Assembly (NCBI GenBank): GCA_028534125.1
Contig: CM052817.1
Coordinates: 59,584,001-59,648,000, forward strand
Direction of reading: 5' to 3'
Source of the DNA: Lama glama
Lineage: Eukaryota
Length of the DNA stretch: 64,000 nt
Of this stretch, positions 50,500 through 63,899 are shown in pieces. Both the position numbers and the translations under genes were made by a program. The stretch's first letter is position 1, and the number at the start of each line of letters is the position of its first letter. Below the pieces are notes generated by a model. The model ran no database searches. It was not told the DNA's origin and saw only the letters and a program-made list of their open reading frames with translations.

Positions 50500-50920
50500 A
50501 TTTATTCATTCATATTCATTTCTTCTCAAATAATTATTGAGACTGTACTATGAGCTAGGCAATATTTAAGTAGAGAAGATTATAAAGAGAAAAAGATTTT
50601 TTTCTTTTCATTGATCCATATATTTGTTTATTGGTTCAATTATACTAAAGAATGAAAATGTATAAAGAAAAAAATGACATTACTTTTGTATTGGATCCAG
50701 CATTATTCTTGGTTCTGGGGATTCCATAGCAATAATAAGAGAAAAACTTGCCCTCATAGAGATTATATTATAGATGAGGTAGGCAAATAACATACAAGAT
50801 TAATAATTAAAATAGACAGTAGGTTAAAAGTAAAAAAGAGCTAAGAAGAAAAGCAAAGCAGTAAGTAAAAGTGAGGTTTGTCAAACTGAGGTTAGGGTTG
50901 CAAATTTAGAGAAGGTTGTC
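50500..50920 (-). mobile_element. L2 3' fragments
   Basis: attcattcatattcatt...attattgagactgtactatgagctaggca; ccagcattattcttggttctggggattccatagc...cttgccctcatagagattatatt. Confidence 0.7.
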
Positions 50921-51283
50921 GGCAATTTTGAACTAAATATTTTCTTTGAAAGCATATTTCTTTTTTATAGCCTTGACTCAAGTCTAATCTTCAGCCTTAA
51001 TTATTCACTGGTGTTCTGGTTCCAAATACATTACAGTCTCCGTAGAGATTCTCTAACTATTCAATACCATAGATTTATTATTATCAAATTACTAATCTGA
51101 TGTCAATTGAAGGCTCCCTTGAGTTTGATATTCTTCCCTAAAACTCTCCCCAAATCCATGCCTGGGGAAACCTTTCATGAAGTTTTTTGCAAATTAACAA
51201 AGACTTATTCCCCAAAGATGTTTTTAACTTTAAGTATTTCTATATTGTGTAAATCCAAATCTGGAACACAACTCCTTTTTAAG

Positions 51284-51287
<4 letters not shown>

Positions 51288-51317
<30 letters not shown>
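51288..51317. repeat. (AC)15 microsatellite
   Basis: Perfect AC run. Confidence 0.97.
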
Positions 51318-51319
<2 letters not shown>

Positions 51320-51411
51320 AGCTTTCTTAGGTAACAGCATTAGTGAATAATGTAAACTTGATAGAAGACTCCATAATAGAGATGGAGGAGGATGTTTAAA
51401 TTACACAATCA

Positions 51412-52070
51412 TAGGTTGGGCTCCTCAAAGTGGAGATTTTCATGCAAGTTGTTTATTGGGAAGTGCTATCTGGAACCACTCCAGAACAGCAGTGACAAAG
51501 CAGGATTGGAAAGAGGAATAAGCTGAATTGTAATGATTAGGTTGCAAAAAAAGACCTCAAGCAACAGGTGGAAAGGGAGTTCTGAAACTGAAATGGCCTT
51601 TTAGAGATGTCCATGACTGAAGCCAGACATCCATATTCCTCCCTTAAACAGTCATCCTTTTCTATCCCTACTAGGGAATCTTCTGTAACATTTATTGTCT
51701 TTGTATCACATGTGGTTTGAGGTTCTCTAAGATAGACACCAAGATAGAATAGTACTGCAAGAGATTTAATATGGCAATGTCTGTGAGAGAAAATGAGAAA
51801 TAAGTGTAGAGGAAGCAGGGAGAGCGATCAGATTATGATGAAGATTTAATCCCTGATAAAGGAGAGAGAGGAAGAAGGAAGATTGGATGGAAGGGTCTCA
51901 GGCACAGTGCAATTCTAATAGAATTTGGCAAGGTTGTCACGGAGTCCTAATATCAAAGTTGCTTATCAGTGGAGTCCCTCACTTTTCAGGAATGGTTCTG
52001 CATTAGTATCCTTACTGGCTGAGTATAGTCCAAGGGAAGCATGGACTTAATTTTATAGCTCAGATGATTA
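51412..52070 (-). mobile_element. ERVL LTR16-type remnants (two pieces)
   Basis: tgggctcctc...ttcatgcaagttgtttattgggaagtgct and gacaccaagatag...tgcaagagatttaat...ggaagcagggagagcgatcagattatgatgaagattt. Confidence 0.65.
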
Positions 52071-52089
52071 ATTTTCCCAAGAGTCAGGA

Positions 52090-52874
52090 AAACTGAGAGA
52101 CATATTCCCATAACTGGTATAATGAAGTACTAGCACTGCTCCTACAAAATGAGGGACTGGAGAGTGGGTGATTTACTGGGATACTTTAGTGCTTCTATAC
52201 TTTTAATGAGAGTAAATAAGCTTTTATAAAAACCATGGACTGATAATGACAATGTAACTGAGGGTTAGAGACTTCAGCAGTGAGATATGTGTCACTTTAA
52301 GACAATGAGACTAAAACAGTAGAAATGCTCACTAGGATGATGAGTAATTAAAACGGGAAGTAGAGAAAGGTGTTGAATATCAATTATGGCTTCTATTTTC
52401 AGTAGCAGATAGATTTTACTAACCCTCTTATTTCATGCTTTTATCTTAAACATTGATAACAGCCACCATTTTGAAATGCCAGTCACCAAGTGAAATCAAT
52501 ATAGGACACAAGCATATCTGAGCAATGCAAGGGGTGGATATTACTGGATTCCATTTGATAAAGCTTTCCATATTCCCTTGGCTCATCTCTGCATTCATCT
52601 GAATCTGTGGAGAACAAATACTGTGCTTCCCTGTTCCTCAGGAGACAATTCTGAGGCACAACCAACATGGTTTCTCAGAAGGTGCCTATCAGAATTAAGC
52701 CCCAATCACCCACTTAGTAACACACCTTATATTGGCTTTTTCTTTTTTTCTTTTTTTTTTTAGTGTAATTTCCCCTACTCCTTCATTTTTATTTCTTTGA
52801 ATCGCCTCTTAAATGCAGTACCTGCATTCAAGTTTTTAATCTCATCTGCTTTTGGGGGAACCCAAACTAAGACC
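52090..52874 (+). mobile_element. ERVL internal 3' end followed by LTR16-type LTR
   Basis: gggttagagacttcagcagtgagatatgtgtcac...cagtagaaatgctc...gtagagaaagg...atatcaattatggc (ERVL-int-like). LTR ends tctgcttttgggggaacccaaactaagac. Confidence 0.65.
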
Positions 52875-53613
52875 ATAAGGAAACTAGGCATTTGTTCCTA
52901 AATGTCAGGAATCTTTAAAGTAGGATTTGCTACATAGGTCCTAGTTCTAGAAATTGTTTATAACTTTTTAGAAATATATCTGGAAAACTGCAATTGTTCA
53001 GTACTCCAGTGATCCCAGAATACTAATAAGAAAATCATCTCCTATAGGGGAGAAAAAATTTAACCTCATGATTTTATTATAGCTGGAAATTTATAAAGTA
53101 TGGTATTTTTCATTCTTAATGTAATAGTTATTTTGGTAGTTGTGAAGAGACTTGGCACAAAAGAGAAAAAAAAAACCCAAATTATTTGAATCTATTCTCT
53201 TCTGATCAAAACAAGTTAAATATATTCAAAAGAACATGTAGACTTGATTCTTTAATTTAAAAACATTAATAAGTATGTTGAATGCATTTGTGAAACTAGA
53301 TAGAGATTATAAAGGCATAATTTAGTAAAATAAATTTTCAGTTAGTTATTTGATTTTCTGTACGCTAGCTAGAAGGTAGATGCCTCAAAGTCTTAAATGA
53401 AGAAGAAAAGAGCAATATAACTCTTCCTTTTTTCAGTTGTGATGCAAAATATAAAGATTCAGAAATAGGAAATTGGAATATGGGTCATTACACAGAAAAC
53501 TTTAACAAGAAGTGGTACAACTAATAAAGAAAAGACCTTTCCTCTAAAGCCTCTTCATAAAGCCATAATGATGTTTATATTGCTTCTTATCTCTGTTAAA
53601 GCAGCTAGTTTTG

Positions 53614-53652
53614 TTTGGATTTGGTTTGGTTTGGTTTGGTTTGGTTTGGTTT
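53614..53652. repeat. (TTTGG)n pentanucleotide microsatellite
   Basis: tttggatttggtttggtttggtttggtttggtttggttt. Confidence 0.95.
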
Positions 53653-55754
53653 TGAAGGGAAAGGAGAATTGAAGTTTGAATAAGTTCTAAACTTTCAGAC
53701 CCAACTAACATCTACATTGTAAGTTTAAAACTATACATTTCATTAAATAAAATCAAAACAGTTAAAATTTGGAGACTCATTTAACTTTGATAACTTTTTC
53801 CCCATATTATGCTTATGTTTTTCATAATCACTTAAACATATCTTTGATTAAAAATATCATTTTAATAATAAATTAATTTTTACTGTAAAATAGTGTGGAA
53901 GTGCATGCCGTGAGATCCAACTGGCCAGACATGAAGGAAAAACTTACTTACAATTTGTTTTACCCAGTAGGACATAATTACTGAAAGACAAACTATAGGT
54001 AAACCCCTAAGAGAAATTTAACTAGACTAGAGGCATGCCTTAAAATTCCAATTTCATTTCAGAGAAAGCAAATATCAACATTTCACAGTACAAAGTTTCG
54101 AAGTTTAAGTATTCTACTGACTTTTTCATGTAAAAAGATCAGAAATTATACCATATAATTTTAAATAAACATACAATAAGAAAATACTGTTTTATTTATT
54201 TAATTTAATTTACATCTTTATGGTCAGACTAAGAAAAATGTTAATTTACATGATTTATTTTTTCCTTCCAAAACACAACAGTGCCGTTACATTCCTATGG
54301 TAATGATATAGCCATAAAGTAGATTCTTTTGAAGACACAGTTTTCAAGAAATTCTATTCTTGCCACATTGTTAAGAATCAGCAACTATGTGAAATGAATA
54401 TTCAAAGAAGTTACAAATCTCTGTACACTACTTCTGCAAGACTAGTCGACTGCTGTCTTAAAGTAGGCAGAGTTCCCAATGCTAAAGCATAAATTCAAGC
54501 CATCTAAGAAATCTTACACAGATGAAGCCCACTCTCTTGGGGGAAATCTAGACAAAATAAGATTCAAGGCAATAAAACATTAAAATAGTTACATTTCAAT
54601 AGTATCTCTCTCATGGCTGAGTGTTTCTTCTAAACTGAAATATTCTAGACATTTTGAATTAGACAAAATCATAGCTTAAGACAATATTCTACTGAGGCTC
54701 AGGAAGATATTTTTGATTCCATACTGTATGTTATAAAGAAAAATACTAGATAAATAAAATGAAAGACTAGTCTGAATCTCATAGATCTCATAAATCAGAA
54801 ATTTGAGCACTCTGTATTAAAATAGCACTTCAAGTCACAAAGCAACAATACTTTTCTTTGCCAACCCTTTTTAAAAATAAGGAAAAGCTTAGGGAATTCA
54901 TAAAATTCCCTATTAGAAATATGAAAGCAACTAAAAAAGGAACTCACATAATATATTGAAATAAACAAAAGTATTTTATAATATATTTTCATAGATGGGT
55001 CTTCACTTCTGTAAAATAAACTGCCATATTTATCTTGAGTTTACCAAAACTATTTCTTTATTTAAAGGAATTGTTTGTTTGTTTGTTTTTCATTTTGAGA
55101 GGTAGGATATCTACTATTATTATGATGGGAGATTGTCAGGAAAATATATAACATGGGAATTAAGTGGTAGATTTGTTTTTCTAAAATGTTTTATTAAAAT
55201 ATTAAACCAAATATACCCATGGCCATATATCTAGCCTGCCAAAGAAAGTGACAATATATGTCATAAAGTAATAATATACTTCTATTGCATAATATGTAAT
55301 TGCATAATAGGGTTTTATTTCCTGATCAGTGGATAGCATAGAAAGCCAGAAGAATCAGTTTGGGAGAATCTTCTTTTATAGTTGCCAGGCTTACATATAT
55401 TGTTATAGGGATTTTAGGACTTGCACCACCATCTGCTTAGATTTTACTTTATAAGCCAGAAAGCATTAGATTATTACTTTTGGAGGGCCTATGCCTTCAC
55501 TCCCAGTGAGCTGGCACCAGATGTATTTCTACCAAATATTATAGGAGTTCCAATTCAACCCTTAGCCACTTCATCAGATTTCAATCCTTCTTATTTTTAA
55601 AAGAAAAGTATATAAACATTAATTGTTAATTTTAAAAAATTGTTAAAGGTTCACACTAAATTTTTTGTTTCACTCTGCGTTTTAAAATATTACAATCTCT
55701 TAAGAATCACTTGCTGCAGTGAAACCCTAATTCAGAGTATGAGAAGACATATAC

Positions 55755-55850
55755 ACTAGAATGCAAACTCGACAAGGGCAGGGATTTTCTCATTAAAATC
55801 TATAATGCCCATTATGTTGCTTGGTACATAATAAGTAACAATGTATAGGA
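55755..55850 (+). mobile_element. L2 3' end
   Basis: actagaatgcaaactcgacaagggcagggattt...tgcttggtacataataagta. Confidence 0.65.
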
Positions 55851-56574
55851 AAAAAAATATTTAGTTCTTTGAGAAACTATGATGTTGAAGATGGAGGTAA
55901 GCTTATTGAGATACTACAGTGATATTTCCAAGAAGAAAATGTTTTAACAAAAAGAGAAAATTTAAATTTTATGTGCTTGTCAAATGTATCCTTCATATCC
56001 TGCAGAGAAATCTCTACAATCTAGTTTGCTCACATCTTTCTCTAATCAGGGATTCCTTCCAGCTTTTAAAATCCCAGAGCAGAAAGTAATGTCATATTGA
56101 ATTCTGAATTTAGGTGAGAGTTGTATAACTGTCTTTAAATTATGACTTAGAACTAGATATTTTATAGATAGCATATACTTTTCTTTTGCGGTGTATGTAG
56201 TCCCAGATCAAAAAAATTAACATTTTATGTACCTTACAGACCAGTTCTTTTTGTTTATGGATGGATGCCATGATTTTATACATTTTTCTCAAAGTCACAA
56301 ATACTGAATTTGATAAAGCCATCTACAGCTTATTGGAAACCATTCTTTCATCTGTATATAAAGATTATTAATCAGTATATTAATTTTCCAATGGATCTTC
56401 TTTGGAAAATCCATCTAAACAATTCTCTTAAGTCATATCAGAGTTTAAATTTTACTATAGCATAACCTGCATATAAATTATTTCACAGAGGAAAATGATT
56501 TTTTTATTATTCTCCTGAATTCTTTAATTATATAGTCATCAAACTTATCACATTTCTGTGTATCACAGATAAAC

Positions 56575-57200
56575 AAAGGAAAATCGTCGATAATTAAAAC
56601 GATCCATAGATGCAGTAAAGCATTGGATGATAGTCACCATTCATTAAAAAAAGTTTTTTTTAAGTAAGAATAGTGGTAATGTCAATCTGATAAAGAATAT
56701 CTATAAGATCCCAAAACAATCATCTTTCTGGTGAATTGTGAATCATATAAAGATTAGACATGATACAAGCATGCCCACTCTCAGAATGTCTAATGAACAT
56801 TATCTTAGCAGTCTTTTCCAATGTAACAAGAATAATAAAATTGAATTAATTAACTGTAGTTTATTTACACAGCAATGAAGAGGTACTGCTACATACAAAA
56901 ACATAAACAAATCTTACACACAAAATGTAAAGAAATTGAAGCCAGTCACAAAAGAAATTCATTTGTTTCCATTATAAAAGGTTCAAAACAGATTAAAACT
57001 AGTATAGGCTATTAGGAGTCAAAGAAATGGTACCATTGGAGGAACACTGGTCCTTACAAAGGGCATAAAGGAGTTTCTGGAGCTCTGATAATATTCTCTT
57101 TCTTTATCTGGGTGCTGTTTACACACTTCATTAAAGCTTATCTGTTCTATTTATTTAGTTATCACTTGTACACTGTTTTGTATGTATATTTCAATAAATG
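56575..57200 (+). mobile_element. Ancient L1 (L1ME-like): ORF2 piece joined to 3' UTR
   Basis: atagatgcagtaaagcattggat...acaagcatgcccactctc; then gaagccagtcacaaaaga...gagtttctggagctctgataatattct...tatgtatatttcaataaa. Confidence 0.75.
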
Positions 57201-57495
57201 TATTTTTAAAAGGAATCTTCTATTTGCTACTATGTAAAAAGTAATTCTGTTTAGTAAAATAGTAATACTATATAATACATAGAATATTTTATGATGTATT
57301 AACACTTTATATATCAATACATAATAACATTTCCAAAAGTTCATTATATAATACAGTAATGCTATATAGTAATGTGGTAAATTATATGAAAATTCATTTA
57401 ACTATAATAATTATAGCTAATACGTATCATGTTTAATGCATGCACAATTCTAGTACTGTATATATTAACATATTAAATCCTAAAAGAAAATCCTG

Positions 57496-60400
57496 GACTT
57501 CTGGCTTCCAATCTCACATGTATGAAGTTTGGAAGTTGCCACTTCATCCTAAAAACGAGTAAAATGCTAAACACACTGAAAAAAGAAAAAACTCTTGCAT
57601 CCATAAGAAAGGGGAGGACACATGGCAAGCTACTGCCCCAAGACTGGACAGACAGGTAATACCTGAAGGCATGGCCTATCAGAAGAGACTTAAAGCAGAA
57701 ACCACCACAGAAAATGGTGCCAGGTGGGAAAACCTGAACTGTAGTTGATGAATTACTGCAGGCTTAGGGCAGAAAACTCAGAATTAAAAATCCCAGGGTC
57801 TATTTTCGGTTGACCCCCACAATATTTTGAAACTTACCTCTAGGAGCTTGATTAGGTTTCCTAGGTAAATATCTGGCAAGAAGCGGGGAGGGATGGGGGA
57901 ATAATTTTGAAATATGCCACAGCATTCTGTTCTTCTTAAGAAGGCCTACCCTTGGGGAAAACTATTTATCTAAACCCTAAGCTGCTGGGGCAGTATTAGA
58001 GACTGATGTGGGAGGAAGAAAACACCCAGTCCAGCCCTCTTAAGCCATTTTGTCCCACCTAAAGAGGAAAAAAACACTGAGAAACTCTTATGAAGTTCAC
58101 ATTCCAAGAGCATAGGTTGACTAAAAGCCTGAGACCTAATTAAAGGGCTATAAATGCTTACCTTCCTTTCACACCTTACCACCACAAACTAAGGACTATT
58201 TATATCAGTTCTTCTTGCCCAATACAACATGATCAGCTATCAAGAAAAAATTATAGGTGTTCCAAAAGACAAAAAAAAAAAACCAAACCAAACCAGAACA
58301 AACCAAAACAAAAACCCACACAATTTAAAGAGACAGCAAACATCAGAACCAGATATAGAAGGGATGTTTGAATTATCACCTATTATTAATTTCCTAAGGG
58401 CTCTAATGGATAAGGTAGATAGCATGCAAGAACAGATGGGCAATAGAACAGAAATCTTAAGAACAAACCAAAAAGAAATTTGAGATAAAAATATTGTAAC
58501 AGAAGTGAAGAATACTTTTGATGAGCTTATTAGTAGACAGAATACAGCTGAGTTAAAAATCTCAGAGCTAAAGGGTATACCAATAGAATCTTCACAAACC
58601 AAAATGCGAAGAGAATAAGGATTTTTTTTTAAAAAAGGGCAAAATATCAAGGACTGTGGGACAATTGCAAAAAGTATAACATACATGTAATGGGAATACC
58701 AGAAGAGGAAGAAAGTGAAAAAGAAACAGAAGAAATATTCAAAACAATAAGGACTAGGAATTTCCCTAACTCAGCCTCAGAGACCAAACCACAGATCCAG
58801 GAAGCACAGAGGACACCAAGCAGGACAAATGCAAAACAAAAGAAAACAAAACAAAGGTACAGGTAATTGTATCATTGTCAAACGAGAGAATATCAAAGAT
58901 GAAGACAAATTCTGAAATAATCCAGAGAAAAGAAACACCTTATCCATAAAGGAACAAAGATAAGTATCACATGCAACTTCTCAGAAACCATGCAAATGAG
59001 AGTGGGTTGAAATATTTTAAAAGTTGAGAGGGAAGTAACCAACAACCTAGAATTCTATATCCTGTGAAATTATCCTTCAAAAGTAAAGGAGCAATAAAGA
59101 CTTTCTCAAACAAAAATTGAAGGACTTTGTTGCCAGTAGACCTACCTTGCAATAATGGTCAAAATTTTTTTTAGAGATAACAAAAATAATATGTCAAAAA
59201 CTCAGATCTGAATAAAGACAAGAATAGCATAAAAAAAAGGATTAAATGGAGGTAAAATTGAAACTTACGTTTTTCTTATTCTCAGTTGACTTAACAGATA
59301 ACAGATTGTTCAAAATAATGCCAACAATGTATTGGAAAGTTAACAAGGATAAAGAAGAATGTTACATAATGATAAAGGGATCAATTGTCCAAACCATCCA
59401 AAAAGACATAGCAATCCTTAATGTGTATACATCTAACAAATGAGCATCAATCTATGTGAAACAAAAACTGATAGAACTGCCAAGAGAAAAGATGAATCTT
59501 TTGTCTTACTCAAAGACTTGAACACCCATCTCTCAGAAGTAAACAGATCAATCAGGTAGAAATTATTAAAAATAGTTGAACTCAACCTTATCATAAATCA
59601 ACTGGATATAATTCACTTTATACACAACTTCACCCAACAATAGGAGTATAAACACTCTTCTCCAATAAACAAGGAATATTCACCAAAATGAACCACATGT
59701 TGAGTCATAAAACAACCTTAACAAATTTCAGAGAACAGAAATCAAATGATGTCTGCTCTTAGACTACGATGTAATTAAACTAGAAACCAGTAACAGGACA
59801 AAAACTGGAAAATCCCATAATATGAGAAGATTAAACAACACATCTTTAAAAAGTGGATCTCAGAAAAAAAAATTCTCAAGAAATTTTAAAATATTTTGAA
59901 CTAAAGGAAAATGCAACTTATCAAAATTTGTGGGATGCAACAAAATCAATACTTAGAGGGAGATGTATATATAGCATTGAGGGCATATATTAGAAAAGAA
60001 TAATGATCTAAAATCAATAATCTAAGTTTCCACCTTAAGAAACTAGAAAAATAAGAGCAAATTAAATCAAAAGACTGCATCAGAAAAATAAGAAGAATTA
60101 GAGCAGAAATCAATGAAACTGAAAACAGGAAATCCATAGAGAAAATCAATGAAAACAAAATTCTTTCAAAGTTCTTTGAAAAGATTAATAAACTCAATAA
60201 ACCTTCAGCCAGGCTAACTAAGGAAAAAGAGAGGACACAAACTACTAATATCAGAAATGAAAGAGGAAATATATTACAGATACTTTGAACAATCCTATGA
60301 CCACAAACGTGATAACCTAGATGAAATGGACCAATTCCTTGCAGGCACAACCTGCCAAAATTTACACAAGAAACAGACCACCTGAATAGGCCTGTATCTA

Positions 60401-61203
60401 TTAAAGACACAGAATAAATCATTAATAACTTTCCCAAACAGAAAGCACCAGGCCCAGATGGGTTCAGTGGTAAATTCTATCAAATATTTAAGCAAAACAT
60501 TATACCAATTCTCTACAATCTTTTTCAGAGAATAGAGGCAGAGGACATAATTTTTAACGTACTGTATGAGGCCAGAATTTCCCTAATATCAACACTAGGC
60601 AAAGAGATTACAGGAAAACAAAACTGCAGACCAGTATCTCTCATGAACCTAAAAGCCAAAATCCTCAATAAAATATTAGATTCCAATAATACAGAATCCA
60701 ATAACGTGTACAAAGATTTATAAACCATGACTTGGTGGAATTTATCTGAGGTATTTAAGAAGAAACCTTAAATGTATATTACTAAATGAAGGAAACCTAT
60801 TGGAAACAGCTTAATAATGCATGATTCCACCTATATAACATTCTGGAAAGTGCAAAACTATAGAAACAATAAAAAGATCAGTACCAGGGGGTTGCTGGGG
60901 GAGGAGGAATGAATAGCCAGTTCACAGGCTATTTAGGGGTGTGAAAATACTCTATATGCTACTATAATGGTGGAGACACGTCATTACACATTTCCAAACC
61001 TACAGAATGTACACTACCAAGAGTGAACCATAACATAAACTTAGGGCTTTCAGTGATTATGACTATGAATGTAGGTTTATCAATTATTAACAAAGGTACC
61101 ACTCTGGTGTGGGATGTTGATAATGGGAGAGGCTATGCATGTGTTGGGGGCATATGGGAAATCTCTATACCTTCCCTTCAATCTTGCTGTGAACCTTAAA
61201 CTG
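57496..61203 (+). mobile_element. L1MC-type element with both ends but large internal deletions
   Basis: 5' UTR 57496-58230; ORF1 remnants ~58230-59150 (FLRALMDKVDSMQEQMGN); endonuclease remnants from ~59335 (DKEECYIMIKGSI...DIAILNVY) to ~60750; then a jump to an L1MC1/2-like 3' UTR ending gctgtgaaccttaaactg. Confidence 0.9.
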
Positions 61204-61281
61204 AGCAAATTCTATAATACAATTACACATATTATATAGTAATATATAATGAATTATATAATAATACAGAGAAAATATTGG

Positions 61282-61480
61282 TATAGCTAACACATATATC
61301 ATGCTTGATGTATCCACTATTGTAAGTTCCTTAAATGTTTACATGTTTATTTTTAAAAAGTATTTAATCTTATTAGTCTCTTTAATTTGCATATAAAAAG
61401 GTACCAAGAAAACAAGCGCAGATAAGTGCCTTGTCCAAGGTCACACAGCTAGTTCATAGCAGAGTCTGATACAAAACTAG
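61282..61480 (-). mobile_element. MIR SINE
   Basis: tatagctaacac...tgccttgtccaaggtcacacagctagttcatagcagag. Confidence 0.75.
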
Positions 61481-62799
61481 CTGTATAAATAAGGAACAAA
61501 GACAATATATGACTATCCATCAGCATCAAGAACACATTTAAGAAGTACCTTTACTGTTGTATGGTACAGTCAGAGTTGCTATTTTGGCATAAAAGAGAAA
61601 GATCCCTGCTCATGGCCACTACTGAGTTCTTCTATATGTGCAGTGACTTTTTTTTTCCTCCTTCTCAAACTGTTCTGGCAACTTTTCCTTAGTGTCTCCA
61701 ACAACAGTGCTGTGGTAAAATAACCATTCAACTATCCATCTCTTAAAGAGAAATCACCTATAAAGAGTGTTGCTAAATTGTACAGGCATAGTTGTTTTGC
61801 CCTACATGCCTCTGCTACCTATCCACCCTCCCTACTCCCATGGAAGTAATGAAGCAGGACAAATGTATTATGAAAATATCTGGAATAATAAATTCAGAGA
61901 TCCTCCAGTTCAATTCTGCCACTGTGAGATATGAAACATACTATAACCTAATTGCTTTTTCTATTCACTTTGACTTGGTTTTTTTTGATAAGACAGAATT
62001 TAAATATGTTACTTGATTCAAATGTATTTTGCCTCTCCAGTTAATATGGAGGCCATGAAGTGAAAAAGAACAGAAGAGAAGGAGAAGGATTAGTAAATGT
62101 AGACAGAGCAGATATGCATTTTTCAGGCTAGGCAGAATATTAACACCATAATTATTTGTGTTCCCACAATTATTTTGGTACCCACCTTTGTAATATAGAG
62201 CATTCAATTAGTCCTTGTGCAACAGTTTCTGCTCTCAAGTATCACACATGTAAATAAGGAACAGATTCATACTATGCTAATTCAATTGAATGGATTTTCC
62301 TTTTTTTCCCTAAGTTTATTTCCATTAACGATTATTCGCATCTTAAAATTTAGGTGTGTCTATGAGACACTGTGCATCTTTGAAAGGTAAATAACTCCAC
62401 CCCTAAAAAAATCTTTTTCGTTTAAAAAAATTGTTATTCATTGGCTCTCCTAAACCTTTCAAATAGATTTTTAGTTTGACTCTACTGAATATACATTTGT
62501 TTTAAACTGTTTATTGAAATGGCATTTAATTTTGGTAGAACAAAAGAAAAAAATTCATTAAACATTGATTATCACTTAACACTAATGTTAAAATATGTTC
62601 TAAAATAGCAGCACCAAATACTATTTTATACCTTATTAGCAAAATAAATAAGCTTGAACTTAAATAGTACCTGGTGTGTAGTACCTCCCATTAAAAGTTA
62701 CTTTTTTAGTTGTTATTATTGCTTTATAATTTCTTAACACCTTTTAAATGTAGTACATGTTATACCTTTGAGGATTTGCTAAGTGAAAACTGGAGTTTT

Positions 62800-63095
62800 T
62801 GTTTTTATTGTATTTGATCATAAGAAAAACTAAATACGTGGGGAAAAGTTTATATACTAATTGAATTTTCCCTTTATGTTCATTATTTGAGGCCTGTGTT
62901 TCTCAAATTAAATCTGTATGCTTTTTCTATTGCTTCTTATAACACTTATAAGTTTGAGGCATTCTCCTTAATCCAGAAATCTGATAAATATTCTCCTATA
63001 TTATCTAAGCTTTAATGTTTACATCTTAGCTCAGTTACACATGGAAGTTGTTTTGGTATGTGACCAGATGAGTATCTGTGATCTAATTTTCTATG
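62800..63095 (-). mobile_element. Ancient L1 fragment
   Basis: ctgataaatattctcctatatt...tttacatcttagctc...catggaagttgttttggtatgtg...tctaattttct. Confidence 0.5.
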
Positions 63096-63899
63096 TTTTA
63101 ATTTTCCTCATGCTGCCTAACTCTTTTCAGATATTTAATTATATCTCACCTAGTTTCTTGTTCTCTGGTCTTCTTAATTGTTCATTGTCTCTCTCTATAT
63201 TTTTCCTTTCTTGTTTCTCTACAACATTCCTTCATTTTCACTTTTTCTTAATTAGAACCTGAGCTTCTACCTCTGTTTTCTCCTCCTTCTCTATTCTGTG
63301 ATCCATGTTTACTTCGTTTTCTCAAATCTAGTCATAAAGATTTTTAGAAAATGTTAAACCTCAGTAATTCTTTCTAATTCAAGGGAAGAAGATATAAGAG
63401 GCATAGATGAAGACAGAATTAATCAAATATATTAGTGGATTACTTAAAATAAATCTAGGTTATTGAAATTATATATGACTATCTTGCTGATTTTTAAAAT
63501 ATATAAAAATAGATACATTAGAAGCAGCATAAATCAGTTAACTCTACTAAACTGAAATGTGAAAAAAAGGATGCTGAATGAAATAGAGAAAAAATTATAA
63601 TCATGAACTGGGTCTTGAGTTTACTACATATTTGAAAAGAATATATTAAAAATTATAAGATTTAAAAAGATAATCTCATATATATTTATTAAGGATTCAT
63701 AATGAATAATTGTCATATTTAAGCAATTACTCTAAGGTCAGGCTAGAAGCCATAGTGAATGAATTAGGAAAGATTTTTAAAAAACAAACCTCAAATGGAA
63801 TTACTTTTTAAAGCAGATTCTAAGAAGGAAAGAAGAGGAGGGCATTTCAGGAATCAATAATGAAAATTGCTTCCATGCATAAAGTAATTACTATGAAAC

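Noticed and set aside
54889..54910. Hairpins agggaatt-cataa-aattccct and ttttccaa...ttggaaaa (~56384-56409) as RNA structures or terminators
   Set aside because: 8-bp AT-rich stems are expected by chance in 64 kb, and intrinsic terminators do not apply to mammalian DNA.
56240..56370. Plus-strand coding exon after cttacag (TSSFCLWMDAMILYIFLKV...)
   Set aside because: No convincing donor site, no recognisable protein, and the frame soon ends in a stop.
41946..58445. Segmental duplication between 41946-42903 and 57496-58445
   Set aside because: Similarity is limited to L1 5' UTR/ORF1 sequence with many differences and unrelated flanks; two independent copies of one family.
58229..60728. Longest ORFs in the track (148 aa and 163 aa, minus strand) as membrane proteins
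   Set aside because: They are antisense readings of A-rich L1 ORF1/ORF2, which typically give Phe/Leu/Ile/Ser-rich pseudo-ORFs.
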